Shown piece by piece: positions 49,461-62,773 of a DNA stretch of 64,000 nucleotides. The DNA is from Octopus vulgaris. Taxonomy: Eukaryota. Made by a program: the position numbers and the translations under genes. The DNA lies in NCBI GenBank assembly GCA_951406725.2, contig OX597819.1, positions 91,016,001-91,080,000 of the forward strand. The letters run 5' to 3'. Every line of letters begins with the position of its first letter. The stretch's first letter is position 1. A model generated the notes under the pieces. That model was not told the origin of the DNA and made no database searches. It was given only the letters and a program-made list of their open reading frames with translations.

Positions 49461-51458
49461 AATTTAGAAACACACTGTTTCTTTTTTGCTTAATAAATAG
49501 AAAGTAGAGGTTACCGAAATACTAGCAAGGCTCATGATGGAATGAATATACATTGAACTTTGTGTCTCTACACACAAATCTCATTCATACATTCATTTTA
49601 CAAAATTACAAGTGAAATTTACAAAGCAGGATAAAAAGAAGTAAAATTCCTTTCTCTGACAGGACTTCACTCAAAATATCAGTCTTTGCATCTCTCTCTT
49701 GCATACAAACATACCCAACTCTACAAACTTTGCATGATGATATGTTAATTATTGTTTGATGACTAATTATTAAATATCATTTGGGTTGAACTCATTTTTG
49801 AGTTATCCTTTAAGATATAATTATTATTTGATATCATCGCTAGAGAGCTCCATAGAAGGGAGATAAGCACAGTTTGACCAAGCAAATAAATATTATTATG
49901 ATGAATAATGTTATAATAATATTATTATAGCAATAATAAATCTCTGAGCGAGATGTAATCCCCTCGTTTACGTTAATATTATTATATTTAGAAAAGAAAG
50001 TGTTATAGATTAGTCACTAGCATAACTGGAGTGTGTACCGCTCCCAGGCCTCCACAAAAAAATACACATTGCCTAAAGCAGACCCAAAAGTGGTTCAGCC
50101 CCCATAAAAGTGTTGCTTAGGGTGGACCACCCCGCTTTATCAATGCAAGTGGGTTGAGTCAACAAAAGACAGGCAGCATCTATGGCTTTTAACAGGAGCC
50201 CTGAGGCTGGTGTGTGTGTGTGTGTTGAAGGGATAAAGAAATCACAGTTCATAGGCTGCTGCAACAGGAAGTTGTGCATCAAGATATCAAATTATTTTCA
50301 AGCTGCAGACATAGCCTTGCGATATCTTAAAGTTGCAGACCTGGTCTTGCAATAAAGTAGATTCTGTTTAAAAGTACCCAAGGACCAGTGAAAGTACAGT
50401 AGGAGGCAACATATCAAGATATTAATATCCTTTTGAGATATACAGTGTTTTAGTATGTGTAACCCCCCAAAAAAAAAAGTGTTTTCTGTTGAGATTGAAA
50501 ATGATGGGTGCATGTAGAGAACAAATGATATAGCACCTAAAGCTACTTTATTGTATGTGAAGCTATATATATTATATTATATCTACTGAAAGACAATCTC
50601 TGATTGGCTATTATATTTGGGCTGATCAATTGGCTTGGGAGTCTCAAGAAGGTTAAGTTATCAGACTGTATACCTGACCAGAATGTTTGCATAGAGTGGA
50701 TTTTGTTAAAAGCTCAAGTCCTGGCAGTAGTGTTGAATTGGATGATGAATTAAGTTTATTTATTAGCATGGCTGACACTGAACAATTCTTGTTCTATCAA
50801 TTTAAGGTTGTATGTTATTGTTAGTTCTTTATGGGCAAGTGCCTATGGCTTGTATAGATCTTCTGGGACTTGCGAAATTGATATGATCAATGTCCTATTT
50901 GCCTATGTGTAAGGTGACAGCTACAGGAAAAACATAGATGGGAATTGTGTGCTTGGGAGGGAAGGATTGGGAAACATTATTAGTGTGGAATTTCATAGTG
51001 TGACACAACATGAGTGACAAGAAGAGGAAAGGTGTGTGTTGGGTAGGCTTGTACGGAAGTGGTATAAAACGAACTACTTATGAGGAGCAAATGCTGTTGC
51101 TGTAGTGATAGAATTGACAGTCAGTGGAACAGAGGTGGGTAATCCTCGGTACTATAGGTTGTGTTTCTCTCGTGTTCTGGAGATTTAGGTTTGTGTAAAC
51201 AGTGTGAAGGGACATATCTGATTTAGGTCACCTGTTTAGTAGTCTTGAAAGAGTCAGAGTTGAAGCATATTTGCATAGTATAGAATTGGCAAAGATCCAA
51301 CTATTTAGTTGACTTTAAATGCTAGAGTTAAAGAGGTCAAGAAGGAGATAGGGATTATGCAATATATGAATGTGTGATGAAGGGCTTTCATTAAAAAGTT
51401 GACAGACAATCCAGTAGAGACTTTTAGTTTGTTTCATTTTTCCTATTTACCTATATAT

Positions 51459-51850
51459 AGGTGCAAGTGTGGCTTTGTGGTAAGTAGCTTGCTTACCAAC
51501 CACATGGTTCTGGGTTCAGCACCTTGGGCAAGTGTCTTCTACTATAGCCTCAGGCCAACCAAAGCCTTGTGAGTGGATTTGGCAGACAGAAACTGAAAAG
51601 AAGCCCATCGTATATATGTATATATATATATATATATGTGTGTATATATGTTTGTGTGTCTGTGTTTGTCCCCCAACATCACTTGACAACAGATGCTGGT
51701 GTGTTTACGCCCTGTAACTTAGCAGTTCGGCAAAAGAGACCAATAGAATAAGTACAAGCTTACAAAGAATAAGTCCTGAGGTTGATTTGCTCAACTACAG
51801 ACGCTGCTCCAACATGGCCACAGTCAAATGACTGAAATAAGTAGAAGAGA
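51459..51850 (+). mobile_element. SINE family B
   Basis: Colinear with 31917-32385. Confidence 0.88.
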
Positions 51851-52415
51851 GAATAGAAGAGTATATATATTGCATAAATTACTTGTTTCATAATTGAGGA
51901 ACCACTGGAAATTTCATCTTCATTTAATCGAACGATGCAAGCATTACATCAATTTGAAATATACTACCATCTTCAGATGCAAAATATAGGTTTTCAGCAG
52001 ACAGGATAGTCCATTATAATTTTTAGCAAATATTTCATCAGAACTACAGAATGAAAGAATTCAATGCTGCTACTATTGTAGCAGAATAAACTTAGAGCGG
52101 GAAAAAAAATACCCCATTCGTCAAGGCCATCCCATTCATCTTGGTATGAATTTTGTAGCAGTTGGTAGATTCATGTTGTTTGCTACCAGAGTGTGTTTGT
52201 TGCGCTGCTATGAGTGGTAGTAGATGGCTGTTTTACTTCTTCATGGTTGGCTGCACATGGAAATTATATTAGTTGAACTTCAGTATTCACACACACACAC
52301 ATATGGGTACAGGACATCACCAATAGTAAACAACATGAAATTCAAAAACAAATGAGTTCAATATACAAACAATGAGAGAAACAAATGGAAAACAGGACAA
52401 GCAACACAAAGAAAA

Positions 52416-52591
52416 CCCTTTAGCATTTAAACTGGCCAGATCCAATCTCTCACACCTACCCTACAATGTCATTCTAAAAGTAATCAATCACATCATTGAA
52501 ATCTCAAAGCTATGAGATAGTACAGGATGAATTCAAAACAATATGAATAAATAGGTATTATATTTGACAGAGGAACCTGAATGTTAAAGAG
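52416..52591. mobile_element. piggyBac-like MITE, copy 3 (internally deleted)
   Basis: CCCTTTAGCATTTAAAC..AATGTTAAAGAG-TTA; colinear with 10102-10335. Confidence 0.68.
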
Positions 52592-55500
52592 TTACAGTAA
52601 GTCAGCCTGGCAGACTTCATTCCTCTCCAGCTACACATTTGAAAAGATTTGAGATATGCATTGAAAGCTAATAAGATTCTGGCTAGTTTTAAGGCATGGC
52701 CTTTGTTTATGGAATTGAGCTTGTTTACAGCAACAAATTTCCTTCCAACAATGAGCAGTTATGTTTTATGGTGTCCATTTACAAGTTGTAAGAGTGGACA
52801 TATGAGAATTAAGTATCTTTGTCAAGGACACAATATAGCGTTGGCTAAGCTATATGTATTAATGACTTTTTGTTTGTTAGTTTAAGAGTATGGGTTGATA
52901 AAGCAGAGAAACCTGCTCTTTTGTGGAAAGAAAATCACATAACACAATGCACTACCATTATCTAGAACTTCTGTAAAAACAGACAGCTCTGAATATTCAT
53001 AATTTAGATTGAGATTTCTTTTTGTTTGAAAGTCTGCACTTTTCCAAATTTGGGTCAGGATAACAGGATATATAGATTGAATTTCTCTTACATTTGGAAA
53101 AGTTAATTAATTAATCAAAGGTTATAAAAAGAAAGGAAATGATAAACTTTCCAGATCTTGGTAAATTAAGGCCCTTAAGCTGAATGAGGTAACATAAGCT
53201 TAAGTGTTATGCGGTTGAAGCTAATGGGTTAATTTTTTTTCCTTATTTCAAATGGTTTCAAGTTACTAGGGTATAAAATTTTCACTAAACATAATTTTAA
53301 TTTGTTCTAACACTACTAAAGTGACTAATGTCTCAACAAAATCTGCAAAGTACTTAGTGACAATGCATTATAGTTCCATAGCTTACTTAGTTCATTGTGG
53401 AGGGGAAAATAATGGGATAAATTTAGAAGTATGAAAGTAATTACAAACTATGAAGTCTCTTGAAAATAATTTGTTGTTTTAATTTCCAATTAATTGAATA
53501 TCTATAACGTCATTCAACAATTAATGGTAGTCAACACGTAGTTAAAAATATATTTCAACTTCTGTTTCATGCCGTGTTAACTTCTGAAGATTAACCAAAC
53601 ATATATTGGAGGGAGGGGAAGAGGAGAGGACTGTACAGTAAATTAATATTTTTAGAATATTTAAAAAACCTTTAGCAATGATTCATTTTATAGAACAGCT
53701 TTCTCCATTATTCTATAGATTCTGCTTGACAGGATCTGTTGATGGTTGTGTAGCAAGCAGAGGTAGGAGAAGAATACTTTAGAGAAAGGAATATGTTCAC
53801 TTTAGAGATCTAGAACTAATTTGTCTTAAATGATTCATTTTAATTAAAAACTGGCGGCGACGGGGCAGGACTTTACTTCCTGACTTCATCTTAGAACTGA
53901 AAGGTCCCAATCACAAAGATTTAAGTCAGTAACCATTTAAACAGAATGTTCTTTCATTTTGTTATTGTCAATCTCGCAGTTCCCATTGGATGACATTTCA
54001 TTTCTCTGTTGTATTTCGTGCAAATACATTAATAGAATTACTTTTCTCATTGCAGAACGTATCTGACTAACGGAAAAATCGTCTGAGATAATAAATAAAT
54101 AAATAAATAAATGGGTTGTATTTTTATTTTATGCTATATTTTAGGAGCACAAACGATTTCTTCATATATATTCATGTAATTACATTGTAAAAACAATCTA
54201 TGTTGTTGTTTTCAGATCGTTTTTATGTCCCGTTCATTTTCTACTTTTCGCAGGTAAATAATACATTTATAGGAAAAGACAATGAAGGAGATTGGAAATA
54301 GCAGCGAAAACTTCCTCGATTCACATCCTGCTGTCTTCAAGAAAAGAAAGATTCGTTGGATAATGTATCTGAATAAGAGACTGCATCTTTATGACGTACG
54401 TAGTTATTGATTAGGGGCTAAACAAGAACAACAACAACAATCACAACAACGACGGCAGCAGTAAGAACACCACCAACAACAACAATCATAACAACAGCTG
54501 CAGCAGTAACAACAACAACATTTACGATACTGTTTTAAACTTTGCCAAAAGGCCAGCAAGTTTAGGGGCGGAGGCTAGTCGATTATATCAGATTTAGTGC
54601 TCGACTTGTACTTTATTTTATCGGCTCCAAAAGGATGAAAGGTACAGTTGAATTCGGTAGTATTTGAACTCAGAAGTAAAGAGTTGAAAGAAATGCCGCT
54701 AAGCATTTCGTCCTACGAAATTAACGATTCTGTCAACTCGCTACTTAAACAAGGTTGACGATACATCATCAATCATCAGTCATCACTCATACTTCAATTA
54801 TCTACAGCAAAGCTGCACGGTTCTAGCTGCACAGCTGCTGTTTAGAATAAACTAGTTTACAAGCATAAACAAGTTTAATCTCTTTTTAAACTTCATATAT
54901 TAAATTTTTATATGGTGTTTCAATTAAACATCAATAAATAAATAAAACTCTTGGTCTGTTTATAACACTGTCTATGGATTATTTAAACTCATAACAAGAA
55001 AGTGGTTCTGTGTTATTTCGTTTTTAGATTTGGTTTGCAAGATTCTTTATATGAGTTCGTGTGTTGAAGCATATTCTGTTGTGTCTGGGGAGAGTCATTC
55101 TCTTTTGGTGCCTTATAATGTAACACACTCACCGGTAAAATTTCCACTTCTTTCTTTTTTTTTTCTGTGTTAGACTGCTGAAATTTAGAGCTGAGAGACT
55201 GTCTTATCGTTAGTATTTTGTGTAGTTTGTATAAACAAGAAAACTATTGTAAAATCAATGCCTTTTTGAAGTAGTTGCCAGTGGTCTCACTGGTCTATGG
55301 ACCCGATTTGGATGTATGTACACTGTGGCTTACCGTCAACAAAAAATAAAGTGCTGAGTACCTTGATTTGCCTAGGGGCCTATAATACTGTTAAGATGGC
55401 CCCAGTGTAGCGTTAAATCCACAAGCAGATGCATGGCTGTTTAATTAAGAAGTGAGTTTTGCAGCACAGCTTAATAGGGGAGCATGAAGAGCGTTTACGT

Positions 55501-55674
55501 TTATGTGTGTATGTATGCATATATATGTGAACATGTGCGTATATATATGTGGTAGGGTTTTTTTTTGGGGGGGGGGGGGGATCATCATCTGACACAAAGT
55601 CACTTCTTTCAAAACTACTACTCCTCCACTCTCTGTTAAGGTGGTGGGGTGTCTTGTCATATAAATTGGTGACT

Positions 55675-55872
55675 TCACTGCTGTTGGTGCACCCAGTATA
55701 CTCTGTAAAAAGCACCCAATACACACTCTGTAAAATGGTTGGCATTAGAAAAGGGCATCCAGCCATAGAAACCATGTCAAAGCAGACAGCAGACCTTTGT
55801 TGCAGTCTTCTACCAGCTCCTGTCAAACTGTTCAACCCATGCCAGCATGGAATGCGGATGCTAAATGATGAA

Positions 55873-55905
<33 letters not shown>

Positions 55906-56010
55906 AATGACAATGATGATGATGACGAAGACAATGATGATGATAATGACGATGACAATGCTGATGATGATGACGATGACGACAACGACAATGATGATGA
56001 TAATGATGAT
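55675..56010 (+). mobile_element. RTE-type 3' end with expanded (GAT/GAC/AAT)n tail
   Basis: TAAAAAGCACC..GGTTGGCATTAG.AAGGGCATCCAGCC..CCCATGCCAGCATGG then trinucleotide array. Confidence 0.8.
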
Positions 56011-56441
56011 GTCCACTGACAAAATTGGTTCTATTGATCTAAACATATATGGTGATAGAACTGGAAAGTCCTTAAGCAAGTGCCTAGGTATTTCAGCTAA
56101 CCACTCTCCATGACAACACACCAGCTGACAAGTGAGAATGCATAAGGACTCTCAAGTCCTGTGAAATCTGTCTCATTTCTGTACATGGGTTGTAACTCAC
56201 CCCCCCGAAAGGTTTGTTTGTACAAGCCAAATATTACATCTGTACACACTCTCTCTATATAGGCACAGGTTATATATAGTAAGAAGCTAATTTTGGAATC
56301 ACATGGTTTCAGTTTCAGTTCTACTGATTACAACCTCAGGCAAGTATCTTCTTCTATAGCCCCAGGTTAGCCCCAAACACAGATGCAAAGACGCACACGC
56401 ACACCCTGCACCTACCCCAAACACACCCACACACATACTCT

Positions 56442-56778
56442 GAGACCCCCTTTGGTCACGACACAGACCATGGGATTGCACCTAGAAAGTTACCCTGCCA
56501 GGCACAAGTCCGGGCAAGGCTGTTTATGGAAGACCAGCAGTTGCCCATGCATACCAGCCTCCTCTCTCCATGCCACTGATGTTATCCAAGGGAAAGGCAA
56601 AGGCCGATACAGCTTGGCACCTGTGACTTCACAACTCATTTCTACAGCTGAGTGAACTGGAGCAACGTGAAATAAAGTGTCTTGCTCAAGAACACAACAC
56701 GCAGCCGGTCCGTGATTCGAGCTCACAACCTCACGATCGTAAGCTCGACGCTCTAACCACTGAACCATGCGCCTTCAC
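56442..56778 (-). mobile_element. SINE family D, well preserved
   Basis: Reverse complement of 7073-7405 with CpGs retained. Confidence 0.9.
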
Positions 56779-57627
56779 ACACACACATATATATGATGCA
56801 CTTCTTTCAGTTTCTGTATCCAAGTCTACTCACAAGACTTTGGTCAGCCCAAGCAGTAGAAGACTGTTACCAAAAGTGTCAAGCAGTAGGACTGAACCTG
56901 GAACCATGTGGTTGGGAAGCGAGCTACTTACCACATAGCCATGCAGTTGTATTTTCCCAGAAATTTCATCATCGTTTTAATAACCATTTTACCACATTTG
57001 CGTTGGTCAGACAGAGTTTATTGAAGCAGATTTTTTTTACGACTGGATGCCTTCCTGTTGCCAACCCTCACCTGTTTCCAAGGCAGGGAATATCTATCCA
57101 TGGCCAGACATAATTATGCAGAATATTGGAAATGAATGATACTGCTTGTATGACTGATACTCATTTGCAACTAACATAGTGTGAAGAGAAGGGAATACAA
57201 ACACAACACACACACACACACACTTATTCATGCACACTCACTCATGCACATGCACTCACACACACACACTCGTTCATGCGCACTCACACACACACACGTA
57301 CACACACACACTTACACACACACACACACACATCTACATATATATATATACATTAGGCTTCTTCTAGTTTCCATCGATCAAATCCACTCACAAGTCTTTG
57401 GTTGGTCCAGGGCTATAGTAGAAGAAACATGCCCAAGGTGCCATGAAGTGGGACTGAACCCCAAAATCATGTTGTTGGGAAGCAAACTTCTTATCCACTT
57501 AGCCATACCTACACCTTTGTAAGTGCAAAGTATCAAAGTCTCGTGGTTTCTACGCAGCAAATATCATGTACGTAATATTCTCTCTACACCAGCCTATGTG
57601 CCTCCAAAGAAACCATAAGTATTCATT

Positions 57628-58035
57628 TATTCTTTTACTTGTTTCAGTCATTTAACTACAATGCTGGAGCATTGCCTTAAAGGGGTATTTTGTCAAAGAA
57701 ATCAACACCAGGACTTATTCTTTGTAAATCTAATACTTATTCTGTCAGTCTCTTTTGCTGAACTACTAAGTTATGGGAATGTAAACACACCAACATCAGT
57801 TATCAAGCGGAGATGGGGGTAGAAACACAGACACAAAGACACATACATATGAATATATACATATACATATATGACAGGCTTCTTTGAGTTTCTGTCTACC
57901 AAATTCACTCACAAGGCTTTGGTCGGCATGAGACTATCGTAGAAGATATTTGCCCAAGGTGTCACAGAGTGGGACTGAACCCAGAACCATGTGGTTGGGA
58001 GGCAAGCTTCTTACCACACAGCCATGCCTGTACCT
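57628..58035 (-). mobile_element. SINE family B
   Basis: Reverse complement of 31917-32385. Confidence 0.86.
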
Positions 58036-58921
58036 GTGTGTATATTTAAAGGATAGTTATATCCGACACACTGTATTTTTTGGATATTTCATTCTGGTGG
58101 TGATGGTTAGCTGGTAATGACAGAATTAGCTAAACGGAGTTAGAATATGAATGTTTGTATCATGCCACAAGCCCATACAAAGCCTTGAACCCAGCACTGC
58201 AATCTAACAGAGCACTCAGTAAGTACACTGTGTTCCTGCTGCTTACAACAGAAAGCATCGTATCTATTTATATCCAGGTAAAATTCAAGCAGCTAAAGTT
58301 TGTTACTTTGTCCGATGGACACAGCATAGCCTTAGTCAAAATTTTAACAATAGCAACAAACTTACTGTTGGTAAATAAGGACTCTGTGCATGCGTTCTTC
58401 TGTAACACTAGCTGATAATTAAAGATTTTTATATCTGTGTTTATGCATGGTTGCTCTCATGACTAATACATATGGAGTGCTCACACCTGTTTATTTGTCG
58501 ACTTGTTTATGTTTTACCTAAACTGATAAAAATCAATACTTTCTTAGAATATTTATCAATCATTTTATATGTACAATGGATTCTTTTTCTGTCAAATGGG
58601 TTGAATTTCTAATATGCTTTGTGAGTTTGTACAAATAATAGTAACAGCAGTTATTGAATGACACTGTATGTATGCAGATGTATATATAGATACACACACA
58701 TACACACAAATGATATTATAGATGCAGGTGTGGCTGCATAGTTAAAGAGTTTGCTTTCCAACCACAAGGTTTTGGGTTCAGTCCTACTATGTGCCACCTG
58801 GGGCAAGTGTTTTTTTTATTACAGACCCAGGCTGACAAATCCTTGTGAGTGGATTTGGTAAATGGAAACTGAAAGAAGCCCATCATTTACATATGTATGT
58901 GTGTGTGTGTGTGTATATATA

Positions 58922-58961
<40 letters not shown>

Positions 58962-58962
58962 T

Positions 58963-59633
58963 AGGACAAGGTACAAATAACGGTCATTATGAATTATTAG
59001 TGCTAAGCAGTGTTTATGTATGACCAAAATTAGGTAAGTTGAAATATGTTTGTCACATATTTCAACTGCTAAAAGGTAAATACACTGCAGTTACTGTGGA
59101 GAAAAAGTCTCTCTTATGGTAAAAAGGTGTAAAAACACCTGGTCCATTCTTGGCTATAGCCAAGAAACTTGAGACATCGATGTCTGAGATTCCTAATAGA
59201 TGGCGACACTGAATGGACTGGGTATTTTTACACCTTTTTACTATAAGAGAAATTTTTTTCTCCACAGTAACTGCAGGGAATTTGCCTTTTAGCAGTTGAA
59301 ATATATGCGAAACATGTTTTAACTTATCTAATTCTGCTCAATGGTCATTACATATTTTTCCTTTATTGGAGAAAATTTTGGTTTCAAGCTGTTTCCAGTA
59401 GTCGTTATACGTTCATTATTGATAGGTTTACCTAATTAGTCTATTGATCAGCTGAGATCAATTAAAAGATTAATGCTACTTTTTAGGGTGTTCACCTTTT
59501 CTCGACTGATCAATAGACTAATTAAATAAACCTATCAGTAATGAATCTATAATGACTTCTAGAAACAGTTGTAAACTAAATTTTTCTCCAATAAAGGAAA
59601 AATATGTAATAACCATTATCAGTACCTTGTCTT
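58963..59633. repeat. Double-foldback element: two adjacent long hairpins bounded by ~29-bp inverted termini
   Basis: Arms 59021-59149 / 59211-59340 and 59341-59457 / 59499-59616; termini GACAAGGTAC..ATAA.GGT.ATTA / TAATAACCATTAT..GTACCTTGTC. Confidence 0.85.
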
Positions 59634-59837
59634 GAATATCACTCTGTATAAAAACAGGCATAATTGGAGCCCAACCATGGGTTTACAATATAGAATGGTG
59701 ATGAACTATAACATTGGACCCTGCTACAAGAATACTTGGAGTTTTTCACAAATTTAAACAATACTGTTATTCTGGTGTACTAACAAAGAGCTTGTGAAGT
59801 ATTTTGCCTGGATTGATAATTCCTCACAAATAACACA

Positions 59838-61215
59838 CTATGCTGATGACCTTGTTCTTAAAGCTGAATCACTACCAGAATTAGAGAAGAAGTTCCTGGT
59901 ATGGAAGCAAGGTCTAGACTCAAAGGCCCTTAGAGTTAACCTAGCAAAGATCAAAGTTTTAGTAAGGAGCAAGGCAGACAAATCACAAATCCCTTTAGGA
60001 AAATGGCCCTGCTTGATCTACAGAAAAGGCATAGGTAGAAACTTCATAAGATGCATCTGGTATGAGCTTTGGACACATGAGAGGTGCAGCAGCATCAGAG
60101 GAAGGTTAATGGGGAAAATCACTTTTGTGTGCGGAAGATGCACAGGTACAATAAATACTGAAAATGTACAGAAAATAGACTCCATCAAGTGCCAGGTAGG
60201 TAAGCTAGAGGTAGTAGATAGCTTCTGCTATGTAGCTGACCAAGTTTGTAGTGGAGGTGGATGTGCTGAGAGTGTAGCTGTGAGAATAAGATTAGACTGG
60301 GCATAGTTCAGAGAGCTCCTACCTCTACTTACAACAAAGGGTATCTCTCTCAGAGTGAGAGGCAGATTGTATGATGCCTGTGTGTGAACAGCTATACTAC
60401 ATGACAGTGAAACATGGGCTGTGACAGCTAAGGACATGTGTAGGCTTGAAGGAAATGAAACCAGTATGCTTCACTGGATGTGCAATGTTGGTGTGCATGT
60501 TCATAAGAGTGTAAGCATCTTGTGAGAAAAGGTGGGAGTAAGAGGCATCAGATGTGGTATGTAAGAGAGCTGACTGCACTAGTATGGTCATGTGATGTGT
60601 ATGGACGAGGACAGCTGTATAAAGAAATGTCAACCTCTAACTGTGGAGGGAACCTGTGGTAGATCAAGGAAAATGTGGGATGAGGTGGTGAAGCATGACT
60701 ATCGAACTTTGGACTTCACGGAGGCAAAGACTAGCGACTGAGACCGTTGGCGATGTGCTGTACTTGAGAGGACCTGTCAAATCAAGTGAAATTGTAGTCA
60801 TGGTTGATGCTGGTATCATGTTACTAGCACCTGTGCTGGCGGTATGTAAAAGGCTCCTTTTGAGCATTAGGCCTCATGGAGGCAAAGTGGCTGAGCTCCA
60901 TTCAAGTGTTTGGCCTTACAGAGGCAATGACCAAAACCTTTGGCATTATGTCATGCTTGAGAAAAAGACCCATCAAGCTGAGCAAAACTGCAGTTGTGGC
61001 AGATACTGGTGTCACACAAATGGCACCCATGCCGGTCGGTGGTATGTAAAAGCACCCATTACACTTTCAGAGTGGGTGGTGTTAAGAAGGACATTCAGTC
61101 ATAGAAACCATGCCAAATCAGACTGGAGTCTGATGCAGTCTTTCAGCTTGCCAGCCATGGTAATACCATCCAACACATGCCAGTATGGACAACAGACGTT
61201 AAATGATGATGATGA
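59838..61215 (+). mobile_element. 5'-truncated RTE-clade LINE with complete 3' end
   Basis: YADDLVLKAESLPELEKKF..LRVNLAKIKV, Cys-rich segment, 3' UTR motif and TTAAATGATGATGATG tail; colinear with 44259-45680. Confidence 0.9.
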
Positions 61216-61404
61216 CAGTGATGTGTGTGTGTGTATATATATATACATATGAAATAAAAGGACCCCGCTCACTCCATTCTCTTTGGTTTTATATATGCCC
61301 ATGCAAGCATGGAAGGCGGATGTTAAACGATGTTGATAATGATGATAAATGTGTATGTTAATATATATACATACATCTCTCTCTCTCTCTCTTGATATAT
61401 ATAT

Positions 61405-61860
61405 ACCCTTGTTTATTAATTTGCTTTTAGGTTTGAATTGCTAACAGGCCACCTATATTATAATGTATTTGATATATTATACTATTTTATTTATACTATA
61501 CACTTCAACCATTTTGATTTAGCTCAAGCTTTCAAAGGTTTTCTCATGAATTGCATGAGGCAGACTACCCTTTTAACCCAGAGTATCAGCAAGTTCCACT
61601 GATTACTAAGATCATTATCAGAGTTTGAAATCACATGTTATGGATATTTCTGCTTACTCCATTTTGTGAGTTTATCTCACCATAGAAAGGCCCTTTTGCT
61701 TACTCCCTAACAGTTCATTAATTTCATGAAGTTAGTACTTTGTGTGGCTATCAAGTTGGTTTTGACTCACCCTTGTTTATTAATTTGTCTTTAAGTTTTA
61801 ATTGCTAATGGGCCATCTATATCATTATATATTTAATATATTATATTATTTCATTTATAT
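61405..61860. repeat. ~90-bp diverged direct repeat, ~365 bp apart, between (TA)n tracts
   Basis: ACCCTTGTTTATTAATTTG..AATTGCTAA..GGCCA.CTATAT at ~61405 and ~61769. Confidence 0.7.
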
Positions 61861-62368
61861 ATCTATATATATATCTGTATATATGTATGTTGGCCTGCTC
61901 GCTTAGCCAGCAGGGTGGCGTCATTCGAAGGCTAAAACAATGCGAACGCATTGTGACCAGCGATGTGTAAAACATCTGATGGTCTGGTCGGTCACGTGAT
62001 CACGTGATATATGTATGTATTTATATATATATATATCTGTATGTATGTATGTGTGTATGTATGTATGTATGTATGTATGTATGTATGTATGTATGTATGT
62101 ATGTATGTATGTATGTATGTATGTATGTATGTATGTATGTATGTATGTATGTATGTATGTATGTATGTATGTATTTATATATATATATATATATATAAAT
62201 GAAGTATAAGGAAAGGAAAAACTTTAAGTATAGACAAACTTTAATTCATAATCCAGGTTGATACAGAACCAATATACATTCTTTTTTATCCAAGTCTGCT
62301 GGCACAATCCGTGTTTGAAATCCCTTTGAAGGATTTTGGTCCTCAATTCTTATATATATATATATTCT

Positions 62369-62735
62369 TTTATTCTTTTACTTGTTTCAGCCATTTGACT
62401 GTGGCCATGCTGGAGCACTACCTTCAAGGATTTTAGTTGAACAAATTGACCCCAAGACTTATTCTTTGTAAGCCTACTGCTTATTCTACTGGTCTCGTTT
62501 GCTGAACCACTGAGTTACAGGGATGTAAACACACCAACACCGGCTGTCAAGAGGGGATGGGGGCACAAGCAAAGACACAAAGACACACACATACATATGT
62601 GATGGGCTTCTTTCAGTTTCCGTCACCCACATCCACTCACAAGGCTTTGGTTGGTCCAAAGCTGTAGTAGCAGACACTTGCCCAAGGTGCTGAACCTGGA
62701 ACCATGTGGTGAACCACACAAACATAGGCACATAC
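62369..62735 (-). mobile_element. SINE family B
   Basis: Reverse complement of 31917-32385 with small deletions. Confidence 0.85.
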
Positions 62736-62742
62736 ATGTGCC

Positions 62743-62773
<31 letters not shown>

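Noticed and set aside
56690-56778. Functional tRNA genes in SINE heads (also 14395-14472, 7073-7145)
   Set aside because: They run directly into multi-copy SINE bodies, and I could not confirm a complete cloverleaf; treated as SINE heads
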